62,266 nucleotides of DNA from Minisyncoccota bacterium (GTDB taxonomy: Bacteria; Patescibacteriota; Minisyncoccia; UBA6257; XYB1-36-10). Below, piece after piece: positions 9,614 through 19,214 of this stretch (position 1 is the first letter of the stretch; each line of letters begins with the position of its first letter). The notes below the pieces were generated by a model. The model was not told the DNA's origin, ran no database searches, and worked only from the letters and a program-made list of their open reading frames with translations. The stretch lies in the NCBI GenBank assembly GCA_041651415.1, contig JBAZJH010000004.1, forward strand, positions 1 through 62,266, read 5' to 3'. The translations under genes and the position numbers were made by a program.

Positions 9614-10197
9614 TTGACGGCTTCCAAGGTTAATTCTAAGCCATAACAAGGAACGAAGGGGCTGAAGTATTTTTCATAGATTTCCTGAAGGCGAAAACGA
9701 AAATTAAATATTTTTTCCAGTATTTTAGAATGAAAAATAATTTTTTGTTTTTTGATGCGAAAATTGCAAGAATTATAAAATTTAGGAACTTTTCGGCGAT
9801 AAGGAAAATGACTTTTAGAAAAATAGGAAAAAGTGTAAAGTCCGAAAAATCTTTGATGAGTAGGGTCAGAATAAAAATAAGGATTGGAAAAATGAGGAAC
9901 AAAAGCGAAAAGAATTCCATTTGGCTTTAAAACGCGATAGATTTCTTCCATAAGAAAATTAAAATTAGCAATGTGTTCAAGGGAACTAGTGGCGTGGATT
10001 TCATCTATGGAATTATCGGGAAGAAAGGGAAGGCCATTTTCAAGATTGAAAACAATATCGGTTTCTGGAAGATTTAAAATATCCAGATTGATGCGGCCTG
10101 CTTTTTTAGAGTTTCCGCCGCCAAATTCGAGAATTATTTTTTCTCCGCTTAATATTTTTTCTTTAATATTTATTTTATCTAAAAATATATCATTCAT
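9610..10197 (-). CDS. Class I SAM-dependent methyltransferase (Methyltransf_11-like)
   Basis: ILEFGGG, SLEHI, EIYRVLKPNG, VPHF...DPTH motifs. Confidence 0.8.
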   Translation of the reverse strand: MNDIFLDKINIKEKILSGEKIILEFGGGNSKKAGRINLDILNLPETDIVFNLENGLPFLPDNSIDEIHATSSLEHIANFNFLMEEIYRVLKPNGILFAFVPHFSNPYFYSDPTHQRFFGLYTFSYFSKSHFPYRRKVPKFYNSCNFRIKKQKIIFHSKILEKIFNFRFRLQEIYEKYFSPFVPCYGLELTLEAVK

Positions 10198-10207
10198 AAA
10201 ATCAAAT

Positions 10208-11788
10208 CTAAAAATTAATTATTTTTTGACAGATGGAAATCCATTTTTTTCTCTCAAACATACCTTTTAATCTTAAGAGACGAGGGCCGAAAATGGGAAT
10301 TCTATAGAAAAAAGAAAAAGGAGATTTGTAGAATTTAGCGGCGCCTAAAGTAGAGCCGCGGCCGAAGTGGGAAGCAAAAGGAAAGGAAAAATCATTATTC
10401 AGATAATATTCGCCGACACCAAGGAGATTGTGAAAGGGGCCATTTTTGTAAAAACGGGTATTTTTCATTTCCAGAACTTTTCCTTTAAATCCGGCAGAAA
10501 GATATTTTTCTCTCAATTCACAACCGGTATCTTCGTGTTTTTCCAAATCTTTAGGACGAAAATCAATATTCAGTTTTTTAAAAGTTTCGGTTTCAAAAAA
10601 AGCGGCATAAATAAGAGGAAAGTCTTGAGGTTTGGAAGCGCTGTCAGCTTGAGTGCCGATGACTTTTATTTTTTCATTTATTTCTTTTAGAAGAATTTCA
10701 TCCCAGTTTTTTTTGAGCCAAATAGCATCGGCGTCCAAAACGGAAAAATAAGGCGTGTTAACTTTTTCAACCAGACAATTAAGGGCGGTGCCGTGGGCCA
10801 TAGAGCCGGTGAGATTAGTTTCTTTTCTTTCTATAAAGACATAAGGCTTTTGGGCGGTTATTTTTTTCAGATTTTGCCAGTCGTTTATCTTAGAGTTGTT
10901 ATCTAAGATAAAAATTTGATAAGGATTTTTAGTAAGCTTTTTCAATAAAAAGAGAGAGTTAGCGATAAAGGAAGAAGAATTATAATTAACTATGAGAATA
11001 GAAAGGCGAGGAATAAGTTTAGTAATAACTATTTCCTGATTGGGGTTGACGCCTATTTTGAATTTTAGAAAATTAAAAAGCCAGCCAAGTTTGCCGCTGC
11101 TTTTAGAAGGAATTTCTTTAATTCTAATAAAAGAAATATTGTCTTTTTTTTCTAAAATAGCATCAAGTTTTTTTTCGGTGATAAAGTTAATAGTTTTAAG
11201 AAAGTTCGGTGATTTGCCGAGGAGAAGAAGGTAAAAATAGCCGAAAATTTTCGGAAGAAAAGTAGGAAAAGGAATTTTATAATGGCCTTCGTAGGGAAAG
11301 GAATAATTAGGAGTATTGATATAGATTTTTCCGCCAGGTTTTACGATTCTAATCATTTCGTCCAGAGATTTATCAATATCTTTGACATGTTCCAAAACCG
11401 TGTAGCAATGAATAATATCAAAAGAATTATCCGGAGAAGAGATTTTTTCACAATATTCTCTTTTAAAATTTTCAGGAGAGAGATTCAAGGCGGAACATTT
11501 TTCTTTAATAATTTCCAGCGCTTTTTCGTCTGGTTCGAGGCCAGAGATTTGGCAATTATATTTTTCTTTCAAGGCAACGGCTAAGCCACCGGTGCCGGCG
11601 CCGACGATAAAATGTTTCAGATTAGCAAGCGGAAGATTTAAATCTTCCAATCGACTCAATCTTTTTTTCTCATTCTCTTCTTCTTTTAATCTGAAAACAG
11701 CTCTTTTTTCAGGATTTTTTAAAGAACAGATATTTTTGTAGTAGTTGAGATAATAATCAAATATTTTCTTTTCCAGTTCTTTATTCAT
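10208..11788 (-). CDS. Methyltransferase - GT2 glycosyltransferase fusion
   Basis: N-half: VGAGTG, VLEHV, RIVKPGG. C-half: LSILIVNYNS, ILDNNS, VLDAD (DxD). Confidence 0.75.
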   Translation of the reverse strand: MNKELEKKIFDYYLNYYKNICSLKNPEKRAVFRLKEEENEKKRLSRLEDLNLPLANLKHFIVGAGTGGLAVALKEKYNCQISGLEPDEKALEIIKEKCSALNLSPENFKREYCEKISSPDNSFDIIHCYTVLEHVKDIDKSLDEMIRIVKPGGKIYINTPNYSFPYEGHYKIPFPTFLPKIFGYFYLLLLGKSPNFLKTINFITEKKLDAILEKKDNISFIRIKEIPSKSSGKLGWLFNFLKFKIGVNPNQEIVITKLIPRLSILIVNYNSSSFIANSLFLLKKLTKNPYQIFILDNNSKINDWQNLKKITAQKPYVFIERKETNLTGSMAHGTALNCLVEKVNTPYFSVLDADAIWLKKNWDEILLKEINEKIKVIGTQADSASKPQDFPLIYAAFFETETFKKLNIDFRPKDLEKHEDTGCELREKYLSAGFKGKVLEMKNTRFYKNGPFHNLLGVGEYYLNNDFSFPFASHFGRGSTLGAAKFYKSPFSFFYRIPIFGPRLLRLKGMFERKKWISICQKIINF

Positions 11789-12494
11789 ATTTTTTTGATT
11801 CTTCTATTTTTCTTTCCAGCCATTTTGCGCCAAAGAGTTTCAATTCCCGGTCGTGAAAAGAAATAAAACCTTTGCGGTCGTCAATAAATTCAATGCCGGA
11901 CATTTTTTCTTCGGAATCAAGCATATATTTTCCGGAAATAATTTTCTTTATGTTGGTGTTTTTGAGAGCATGATAAGTTTTGATGCTCCAGACGTTGCCA
12001 GAAGGGACAAAAATAGAGATTGGCTTTCCAAAATAATTTTCCAAAATAAATTGGGATTTTTTGATATGTTCTTCGTGAAGAGAACTTTCTAAATCCGGCC
12101 AAAATTCCCGATGGAAATAACGATTCGAAGCGTTAAAGAGCGGAAGGTGACGGCCAATAACGCAGTGAGTTAGACCGTGATTGGCTATTTCAATTTTATT
12201 TTCCAAAAAAGATTTTTTTAGAAAGGCCGCTTCTTTGGGAAATTTTTCCGGAAAAGAGGTAAGAGAAGAATCTTTTTCCACCCAAGAGGCGGTGATAGCA
12301 ATAATCGGCTTGATGTTGTTTTTTCCAAAAACAAGCAGGATATTTTCCCACTCCTTGGCGGTGAGTTCTCGGTAGGGGCCCCAGGCTTTGAAAGGGCTTA
12401 TTTTTTTTAAGAACCAAAAATTAGCCCATTTGATTTTGCTGTATTGTTCGAACTGTTTAGTGGAAGCGCCGATATCATCAATGCGGAAAATCAT
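11781..12494 (-). CDS. Polysaccharide deacetylase-like protein (NodB/DUF2334-like)
   Basis: FRIDDIG, EIANHGLTH and FVPSGN motifs. Confidence 0.7.
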   Translation of the reverse strand: MIFRIDDIGASTKQFEQYSKIKWANFWFLKKISPFKAWGPYRELTAKEWENILLVFGKNNIKPIIAITASWVEKDSSLTSFPEKFPKEAAFLKKSFLENKIEIANHGLTHCVIGRHLPLFNASNRYFHREFWPDLESSLHEEHIKKSQFILENYFGKPISIFVPSGNVWSIKTYHALKNTNIKKIISGKYMLDSEEKMSGIEFIDDRKGFISFHDRELKLFGAKWLERKIEESKKYE

Positions 12495-12495
12495 T

Positions 12496-13122
12496 TTATT
12501 TTTTTAAAATAATAAAAAGTCCGGAATAATAATTATCTTCCACTTTATCCAAATGAAAAATTTTTATAAAGGCGAGAAAGGGAAGGAGAAAAATAAAAAT
12601 TATTTTTTTAAGAAAAGAGGAATGGTTGTAAAAAAATTTTTTTCTTAAAATATCCCAGATAACAGTCCAGCCGTTTCCTATTTTGATAATTTTAGATTCA
12701 GAAAATTCTTTTAATTTTGAAGAAAGAAAGGTTTTAGTAAGACGTTGATTGTCTCCGTGTTCATGATAAAGAAAAGGAAGAGAAATAAAAGCAAAGCCGG
12801 AAGGCTTTAGAATACGTCCAATTTCTTTTAAAGCTTTGTCTATGTTTTTTAAATATTCGAAGACTTCCAAGCAAAGAACGGAATCAAAAGAGTTGTTTTC
12901 AAAAGAAAGCTCTTTTTCAATATCTCCAAAAGAGACATCAGCGCCGGTCTTGGCATTTTTATCAATAGCGATTATTTCGGAATCAGGAAAAAAATGGTCG
13001 TATCTTCGATTTTTAGAACCAATATCAATGATTCTTCCTGTTATAAGATTTTTATTTTCCAGAAGAATTTTTTCCAGGAGATTCCGATGGAAAGTCTGTT
13101 TGTAGTATTTCCAGATATTCAT
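12496..13122 (-). CDS. Class I SAM-dependent methyltransferase
   Basis: IIDIGS, SFDSVLCLEVFEY, RILKPSG, PFLYHEHG motifs. Confidence 0.8.
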   Translation of the reverse strand: MNIWKYYKQTFHRNLLEKILLENKNLITGRIIDIGSKNRRYDHFFPDSEIIAIDKNAKTGADVSFGDIEKELSFENNSFDSVLCLEVFEYLKNIDKALKEIGRILKPSGFAFISLPFLYHEHGDNQRLTKTFLSSKLKEFSESKIIKIGNGWTVIWDILRKKFFYNHSSFLKKIIFIFLLPFLAFIKIFHLDKVEDNYYSGLFIILKK

Positions 13123-14099
13123 TATTTTGAAAGATTAAATAATTTTAAAAAAAACTTTATTTTAAGAAAAGAAAAAAGGCTTATTTTTTTTACGGGGGAG
13201 CGGTTTATAAAGTCAAGATATTTTTGAGCTATATTTTCAATATTTTCTTGATTATTATTTTTATAATTTTCCAAACTAGAAGAAACTTGGTTTATTTTTG
13301 AGAGAAGGCCGAATTCGGAATCAAACAGTTCGCCGGACCCTTTTCTGATAATTTCAGGATTACTGCCGCTATTTAAGGCAATAACGGGGAGACCGGAAGA
13401 CATAGCTTCTAAAATGGAATTAGAACAAGCTTCCAGTTTTGAAGCAGAAATAAAAATGTCGCTTTTTTTGAAATGTTCGGCTATCTCAACGCTTGGGATA
13501 GGGGGCAGTTTGATTATATTTTTAAATTCAACAGGCGAATTTCCAATAAAAGTCATCTCAAATTTGTCGAAATCGAGATGATTGTCTAAAAATTCATAGA
13601 ACGAGAATCCTTTATTTTTATTTGAAGACCAACTAGCGGCAATGAGTTTTATTTTGCCGGAGCGGGAAATTCTGTTCTTAGAATTAAAAATAGAAGAATC
13701 GACAGCGTTATAAATAACAACAGAATTTTTATTATTGAAGCCGATTTTTTTTGCTTCTTCAAACGACCAGTTTGATTGAAAAATAGCTCCATCAGCGAAG
13801 GAAGCAGAAAGAGCGATGGCTTTGTCCATAAATTTCCAGCGAGGACCGCGATGATAGCGAAAAACATCGCCTAGACGGAAAATAAGTTTTTTTTCAGGGA
13901 ACAGTCTCTTTAACTTAACAGCTTCCAGAAGATTATGATAAGTGACAGTAAAAAGAACATTCGCTTCTTCTCTGTTTTCAACGAAGACAACATCTTTTTT
14001 TTCCAGCTCTTTTTTGAGAGCTTTTAAAAATTGATTTCCTCCGCCAAAAGGGCCATTTTCAAGTTTAAGAAGAAGTTTAATTTTTAAACTGGAGGTCAT
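13122..14099 (-). CDS. GT4 family glycosyltransferase
   Basis: GGGNQF and EACSNSILEAMSSGLP motifs. Start could be 14099 or 14126. Confidence 0.8.
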   Translation of the reverse strand: MTSSLKIKLLLKLENGPFGGGNQFLKALKKELEKKDVVFVENREEANVLFTVTYHNLLEAVKLKRLFPEKKLIFRLGDVFRYHRGPRWKFMDKAIALSASFADGAIFQSNWSFEEAKKIGFNNKNSVVIYNAVDSSIFNSKNRISRSGKIKLIAASWSSNKNKGFSFYEFLDNHLDFDKFEMTFIGNSPVEFKNIIKLPPIPSVEIAEHFKKSDIFISASKLEACSNSILEAMSSGLPVIALNSGSNPEIIRKGSGELFDSEFGLLSKINQVSSSLENYKNNNQENIENIAQKYLDFINRSPVKKISLFSFLKIKFFLKLFNLSK

Positions 14100-15882
14100 A
14101 ATATTTTTTATAGGTTCCACTTCCATTAATCAATTCTTCGTGAGTGCCGGATTCGGCGACTTGGCCATTTTCAATAACAATTATTTTATCGGCTTTTATG
14201 ATGGTAGACAGACGATGAGCAATAGCAATAACAGTTTTGCCAATTTTTGTTTTTTCCAGAGCGTTTTGAATAGTTTTTTCCGTTTTGGCGTCCAAAGAAC
14301 TAGTAGCTTCATCAAGAATAAGAATTTCCGGATTTCTTAAGATGGCTCGAGCAATAGCGATTCTTTGCTTCTGGCCACCGGAGAGTTTAACGCCGCGTTC
14401 GCCGAGAATAGTATTATAATTTTCCGGAAGATTTTTTATAAATTTATCTATATTGGCTATTTTTGCGGCTTCCTCGGCATCTTTTAAAGAAGTTTTTGAA
14501 GGAGAACCGTAAAGAAGATTGTTTAAAATAGAATCATTAAAAATAATCACATCTTGAGAAATGAAGCCGATTTTTTGGCGCCAACTTTTGAGATTAAGTT
14601 CTCTAATTTCTTTATCATCTATAAATATTTCACCGCTATCAGGGAAAAAAAGGCCGGCCAGCAAATTGGCAATTGTAGATTTTCCCATGCCAGTCGGGCC
14701 GACGAGAGCGATAAAATCTCCTTTTTTTATTTCAAAATTCAAATTATTAATAACAGGACGGTCTTTTTCATAAGAAAAACAAACATTATTGAAGGATATC
14801 TTGTTTCCAAATGATTTTAAAACGAATTCTCCTTCTTTTATTTTCATTTTTTTAGAGATATTAAGTTCAGTCTCGTAATTTTTAAAAGCAGGGGCATGTT
14901 CAAACATACCAGAAATTGATTGTAAAAAAATATTAACCTCAGAAAAAAGACGGAGAAAAATATAAAGGTAAGCGATAATAAACGGCAAATTAGAGATAAT
15001 GTCCAAATTGAGAACTTTAGAAGAAAAAATAATAAGGACAATAATTGAAGACATGACAAGAATTTCCGTGATAAAGGGAATAGAGTTTGTTTGTTTAGAT
15101 TGGCTGTAATTAAGAAGAGCCATATTAGTGGTTATTTTATTAAATCTGTTCTTTTCCGCATCTTCAGTTCCTGATATTTTAATAAGAGGAATACTCCCGA
15201 GCATTTCGATCATGCGAGAATGGAGGTTTTTAGCTTCTTCAGTTAATATTTGTCCGGTCCTCTTAACTCTGTTTAAAATGTTTCTGAAAAAAGGGAAAAA
15301 GAACAAAAAGAAAACAAAGATTAAAAAAGTGAGTTTCCAAGAAATAAGAAAAAGAATAAATCCATAAACAATAATTTTACTGAAATTACTTATAAGATTA
15401 AGCAAGACAAAAATGAAGGCGACAATACTATTTGTAAAAACATTGATATTAGTAACTACTTCTCCGGATTTCATAGAGTAAAAAAATTTCAAACTAGAAT
15501 CTGTTATGGAATTGAAAATATTATTTTGCAAATCTCTTTTGATCAAATTCCTAGTTTTTTCCAAAGTAATTGTTTTTAAATAATTAAAAATACTTCTTAA
15601 AATAATCATAACAAGAGCGAAGATGAGAAGTTTGATTAGAATATCAACTTTTTCACCATGGAAAAAATATTTTTGAATATTTTCAAAGGCGGGGAAAAAG
15701 GGGTTGGCGGATTCGGATATTAAATTTTGAAAAAAAGGAATAATGGCGCCAATAGAGAAACCATCGAAAAGAGAGCTTAATAAACTGAAAATTACCACAA
15801 GAAGAGCAAGTTTCTTGTAGTTTTTAAGATAATTTAATGATTTTTTGAAGTAATAAAGCTTTGTTTTTAAATAGAGATTCAT
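14077..15882 (-). CDS. ABC transporter, fused permease/ATPase (MsbA/PglK/Wzk-like), probable lipid-linked glycan flippase
   Basis: Six-TM N-half, Walker A GPTGMGKS, signature LSGGQKQR, ILDEATSSLD, AHRL. The flippase role is inferred from context. Confidence 0.85.
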   Translation of the reverse strand: MNLYLKTKLYYFKKSLNYLKNYKKLALLVVIFSLLSSLFDGFSIGAIIPFFQNLISESANPFFPAFENIQKYFFHGEKVDILIKLLIFALVMIILRSIFNYLKTITLEKTRNLIKRDLQNNIFNSITDSSLKFFYSMKSGEVVTNINVFTNSIVAFIFVLLNLISNFSKIIVYGFILFLISWKLTFLIFVFFLFFFPFFRNILNRVKRTGQILTEEAKNLHSRMIEMLGSIPLIKISGTEDAEKNRFNKITTNMALLNYSQSKQTNSIPFITEILVMSSIIVLIIFSSKVLNLDIISNLPFIIAYLYIFLRLFSEVNIFLQSISGMFEHAPAFKNYETELNISKKMKIKEGEFVLKSFGNKISFNNVCFSYEKDRPVINNLNFEIKKGDFIALVGPTGMGKSTIANLLAGLFFPDSGEIFIDDKEIRELNLKSWRQKIGFISQDVIIFNDSILNNLLYGSPSKTSLKDAEEAAKIANIDKFIKNLPENYNTILGERGVKLSGGQKQRIAIARAILRNPEILILDEATSSLDAKTEKTIQNALEKTKIGKTVIAIAHRLSTIIKADKIIVIENGQVAESGTHEELINGSGTYKKYYDLQFKN

Positions 15883-15901
15883 TATCTATAAAGATTATAC
15901 A

Positions 15902-17131
15902 TTATTTGACAGATTTTATTTCTTGTTTTTCAAGATAATCAAGAATTCTTTTGGAGGCCAGGGAATCAAGAAAGCCAGTGTTTTTAAGAAGATATTCGTC
16001 TCTTTTTTTCGGAATTATTTTGAGATCGGTTAGGTTATTTTTTTTAAGGAAAGATTTTATTTTTTTATAAGATAAAAACTCGGAAACTCCAGGAGCATCA
16101 AAAAGGGAACGATAGAAGAAAGAGGAGCGAGAAGCATTATTAAGAAATTTTGGCGCAAATATATTCAGGCAATAAATATTAGATACGGCTGATTCAAGAA
16201 TACTGGAGCTGCAAAATTGAATAGATAAGTCTGATAAAACAAGAGCTTCAAAACTTTTATGCGGAAACCAGTTCTCATCGTCAACGATAATAAGATCAGA
16301 GTTTTTTTTAATAGCATCTGGTTCAGAGTGTTTGGGGCGACTCTTAACAATTAAAAGAGCATTATTTTTAACGCACCATTTTTTAATAATTCTAATGATA
16401 TTCGCGTATTTTATTCCGAAAAGACTTTCCCAAATAAATTTGAAGTATCCGGATGAAAGACATTTTAAAAATGATTTGAGACGATTAGGTTCGCCGAAGA
16501 CGCGACTAATCCAAAAGGGGTCTTTATTGGTTATGTTTAAGGAAAACAAGAGAACAACTTTTTGGTTTGGAGAAATTCCATACTGTTGGCGAATAATTCT
16601 TTTATTGGCGAGGAAATTTAGAGATTCGCGAGGGGGAAAACCAATAGGAATAAATTTAAAAGATTTTTCTTTTGACAGCGGATAGGCTTTTAAAAAAGAG
16701 TTAATGGTTTCCTGACTATAAACAAAAAAGCCGTCAAGAATGTCGAGAAGTTTGGGATCCATATTAAAATGATCGCCATACCACTGCAAACAAAAAAGTT
16801 TGAAATTTAGATTATCTGTTTTTTGAAAAAAATCATCGAAAGAATCTTCTCTGAAAGGAAGCGAAAAAACTATTGAAATTTCGTTTTCTTTTATGAGAGA
16901 AATAAGGTCGGATGATTTATTAAAATAAAGAATATCGGTTTTTTCTATTTGAGGAATCTTTAGGTTTTCTTTAGAAAGAGAATAAAGATTTTTATTGTAA
17001 GTTGGGTTTTTATTATTTTGACATAAAATAAAAACTTGATGGTGGCGATTCAAGGATTCAATAATGACGGGAGCATAGGCTTTAATACTTGATGAACGAT
17101 CAAGAAGAAAGCCGATTTTTTTATGAATCAT
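15902..17131 (-). CDS. Uncharacterised soluble protein, probably GT-B fold (CDP-glycerol glycerophosphotransferase / nonulosonate transferase-like)
   Basis: 409 aa, two Rossmann-like halves, VKSRPKH and SDLSIQFCSSSILES segments; embedded in the glycan operon. Confidence 0.4.
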   Translation of the reverse strand: MIHKKIGFLLDRSSSIKAYAPVIIESLNRHHQVFILCQNNKNPTYNKNLYSLSKENLKIPQIEKTDILYFNKSSDLISLIKENEISIVFSLPFREDSFDDFFQKTDNLNFKLFCLQWYGDHFNMDPKLLDILDGFFVYSQETINSFLKAYPLSKEKSFKFIPIGFPPRESLNFLANKRIIRQQYGISPNQKVVLLFSLNITNKDPFWISRVFGEPNRLKSFLKCLSSGYFKFIWESLFGIKYANIIRIIKKWCVKNNALLIVKSRPKHSEPDAIKKNSDLIIVDDENWFPHKSFEALVLSDLSIQFCSSSILESAVSNIYCLNIFAPKFLNNASRSSFFYRSLFDAPGVSEFLSYKKIKSFLKKNNLTDLKIIPKKRDEYLLKNTGFLDSLASKRILDYLEKQEIKSVK

Positions 17132-17826
17132 AATGTTTCAGCGCTAAAAAAATCAGAGACGTTATTTTTAATTATTAATTCATAAACGGATCTTTTCAGT
17201 TCTTGATTTTCAAGATTAGGATTAAATTGAATTCCGACAGTCGGCGTTTTAAGCCAGCGCACTTCATTTTTAGCAAGAGTAAGACGTTTATTCATTAGCG
17301 CTTCCGTGATGATTAACTCTAAGCAAACTTTTTGGATGAAAGATACACGGTTCATAATATCAATATTAGCGGAGGGGAGAATGGGGGAAATGGCTTGAAC
17401 AATAATAGCGCCGTGGTCAATATCAGTGTCAGCAAGGTGGGCAGTGGCGCCAAAAAACTTAATACCGGAAGAAAAAGCCTGAAAAAGCGCTTTGAATCCT
17501 TTAAAAGAAGGAAGGAGGGATTCATGAAAGTTGATACAGGGAAAATTAGAAAGAAGAGGAAGAGTAATGAGTCGAGAAAAGAAAAGAAAACAACAGTCGA
17601 TATTACCTTGTTTAATCAACCAATCATTGGATTTTTTACTGAAAATATTATTATCTTTTTCTTCAAAACGAATTTGCGGAAGATGGCGATCGGCGGCAAC
17701 TTGTTCAATACCGCAAGAACGATCAGTGATAATGAAGTATTTGTTTTCGGGCCAGAAATTTTTCGCGATGTCATAAAAAGCGGCAAAAGCACTGCCTTCA
17801 GAGGAACTTATCACGGCAATTCTCAT
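17128..17826 (-). CDS. PurN-like formyltransferase (formyl_trans_N), probable sugar N-formyltransferase
   Basis: INFHESLLPSFKG and GATAHLADTDIDHGAII motifs (10-formyl-THF binding). No pur genes nearby. Confidence 0.75.
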   Translation of the reverse strand: MRIAVISSSEGSAFAAFYDIAKNFWPENKYFIITDRSCGIEQVAADRHLPQIRFEEKDNNIFSKKSNDWLIKQGNIDCCFLFFSRLITLPLLSNFPCINFHESLLPSFKGFKALFQAFSSGIKFFGATAHLADTDIDHGAIIVQAISPILPSANIDIMNRVSFIQKVCLELIITEALMNKRLTLAKNEVRWLKTPTVGIQFNPNLENQELKRSVYELIIKNNVSDFFSAETL

Positions 17827-18461
17827 AGTTTTAAAGGAGATTTTTTATAAAGATAAGTTGTATATTCAAAAAAAGAGGTGTCGTGGCGGATTTTAAAAAA
17901 GCGGGTAAGTTTTTCCGTTTTTTTGAGAAGGAGAGCCGGGTCATAATAAAAGTTTTCAGGATTTTTAAAATCAACTCGAGAAGTCAAATTATTAAATGCT
18001 ATTCCAAGTTTAGCAAAAGACCACATTTTATTAATTAAGCGGAACATAAATTTTTCCATAACAGAATCAGTGGCGTGCAGTTTTTGGGTAAGAAGGCCGT
18101 TGGCGATGACGTAATCAAAACGATTACGGCTAGAAAAAGAAAATATATCCTTATTCAGAAATTTAGCAGAAGGATGGGATTTTTTTGCAAGAGCAATCAT
18201 TTCGGGAACAATGTCGATGCCGGTGTAATTAAGGGAAATTTTTTGGCGTTGAGCAATTTCTAAAAGACTACCATAGCCGCAACCGACATCAAGAATGGAA
18301 GGAATTTGGTTTTTAGGATGATTGACTATGATTTCTAACATAAGATAGGAACGCAAATCGGCACTGGCTTGATTTTTCCAGTCAACTCCTTTGGCGGTTG
18401 GACCGTAAGCTGAAAAAGTGGAATGGTAGTGCTTTTTAAAATTGCGAGTGATAGAATCCAT
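17823..18461 (-). CDS. Class I SAM-dependent methyltransferase
   Basis: ILDVGCGYG, GIDIVPEM, FDYVIANG motifs. True start is MDSITRNF at 18461; the longer track ORF is the antisense of the DUF218 gene. Confidence 0.8.
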   Translation of the reverse strand: MDSITRNFKKHYHSTFSAYGPTAKGVDWKNQASADLRSYLMLEIIVNHPKNQIPSILDVGCGYGSLLEIAQRQKISLNYTGIDIVPEMIALAKKSHPSAKFLNKDIFSFSSRNRFDYVIANGLLTQKLHATDSVMEKFMFRLINKMWSFAKLGIAFNNLTSRVDFKNPENFYYDPALLLKKTEKLTRFFKIRHDTSFFEYTTYLYKKSPLKL

Positions 18462-18468
18462 AAAAAGG

Positions 18469-18497
18469 AGTATAGTGTGGGAATTGGCAAAATTCAA
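18469..18497 (-). promoter_or_regulatory. Sigma70-type promoter, positioned for a leaderless transcript
   Basis: Minus strand TTGAAT-17 nt-TATACT, followed by 7 nt and then the ATG at 18461. Confidence 0.55.
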
Positions 18498-18516
18498 TAG
18501 TGTTTTTTTATTTTTT

Positions 18517-19164
18517 ATGATTAAAGAAAGGCAAAAAAAAGGAACTAAAGCAGCAAAAGGAGCAGTTGTTGTTTTGGGCGGAACGGTAAAAAAGGGGAAA
18601 AAGGAATGGCATACTTGTGAGTTTGACGAGGGGGACAGATTCGGCGTAACAGGAGATAAATTAAGAGTATTAGTCGGAGCTTTTATTTTTAAGAAATTAG
18701 AAAATAAAAGAATTGATTTTGATATTATTGCTTCCGGAGGAAAAATAGAAGAGGGGATTTTTATAGCAGAAGTGATAAAAAAGGAATTAATAGTTTTAGG
18801 AGTGCCGGAAAGAAAAATCAAAGAAGAAAAAAAATCACGGAATACTTTCCAGCAATTTTTAAATATACAGACAGCAGCTAAAAAAAATAAATATAAAGAG
18901 CTAATGTTTATCACAAACGAATGGCACAAACCCAGAGTAAAAATAATTTTAAGAGAAGCGCCAAAATTGGAGAATTTAAGAAAAATGAAAAAGGAAGGAA
19001 AAATTAAAATTTTGGGAGCGGAAAAAATAGTTTTAAAGAGTGATAGAAAAGAATGGGAGAAAAAAATAAAAAAAGCTTATGCAAGTTTGGCAATAAAAAA
19101 AAGAATCGGATTGGAGAAAAAAGGGATTGAAGATATAAAAAAAGGAAGATATATTTTCAGATAA
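18517..19164 (+). CDS. YdcF/DUF218 (SanA/ElyC-like) family protein
   Basis: VVVLGG, IASGG, EKKSRNT and ITNEWHKPRV motifs. ATG at 18517 preferred. Confidence 0.75.
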   Translation: MIKERQKKGTKAAKGAVVVLGGTVKKGKKEWHTCEFDEGDRFGVTGDKLRVLVGAFIFKKLENKRIDFDIIASGGKIEEGIFIAEVIKKELIVLGVPERKIKEEKKSRNTFQQFLNIQTAAKKNKYKELMFITNEWHKPRVKIILREAPKLENLRKMKKEGKIKILGAEKIVLKSDRKEWEKKIKKAYASLAIKKRIGLEKKGIEDIKKGRYIFR

Positions 19165-19181
19165 ATTTTTTGAGAAGAAAA

Positions 19182-19207
19182 AAACCGCAGACAGAAGTCT
19201 GCGGTTT
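19182..19207. terminator. Probable bidirectional intrinsic terminator between convergent genes
   Basis: AAACCGCAGAC-AGAA-GTCTGCGGTTT perfect 11-bp stem flanked by A/T tracts. Confidence 0.7.
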
Positions 19208-19214
19208 CAAAATA

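Noticed and set aside
18462-18929. 156-aa N-terminal extension of the 17823 methyltransferase
   Set aside because: It is the reverse complement of the DUF218 gene; a promoter sits directly before the internal ATG at 18461.
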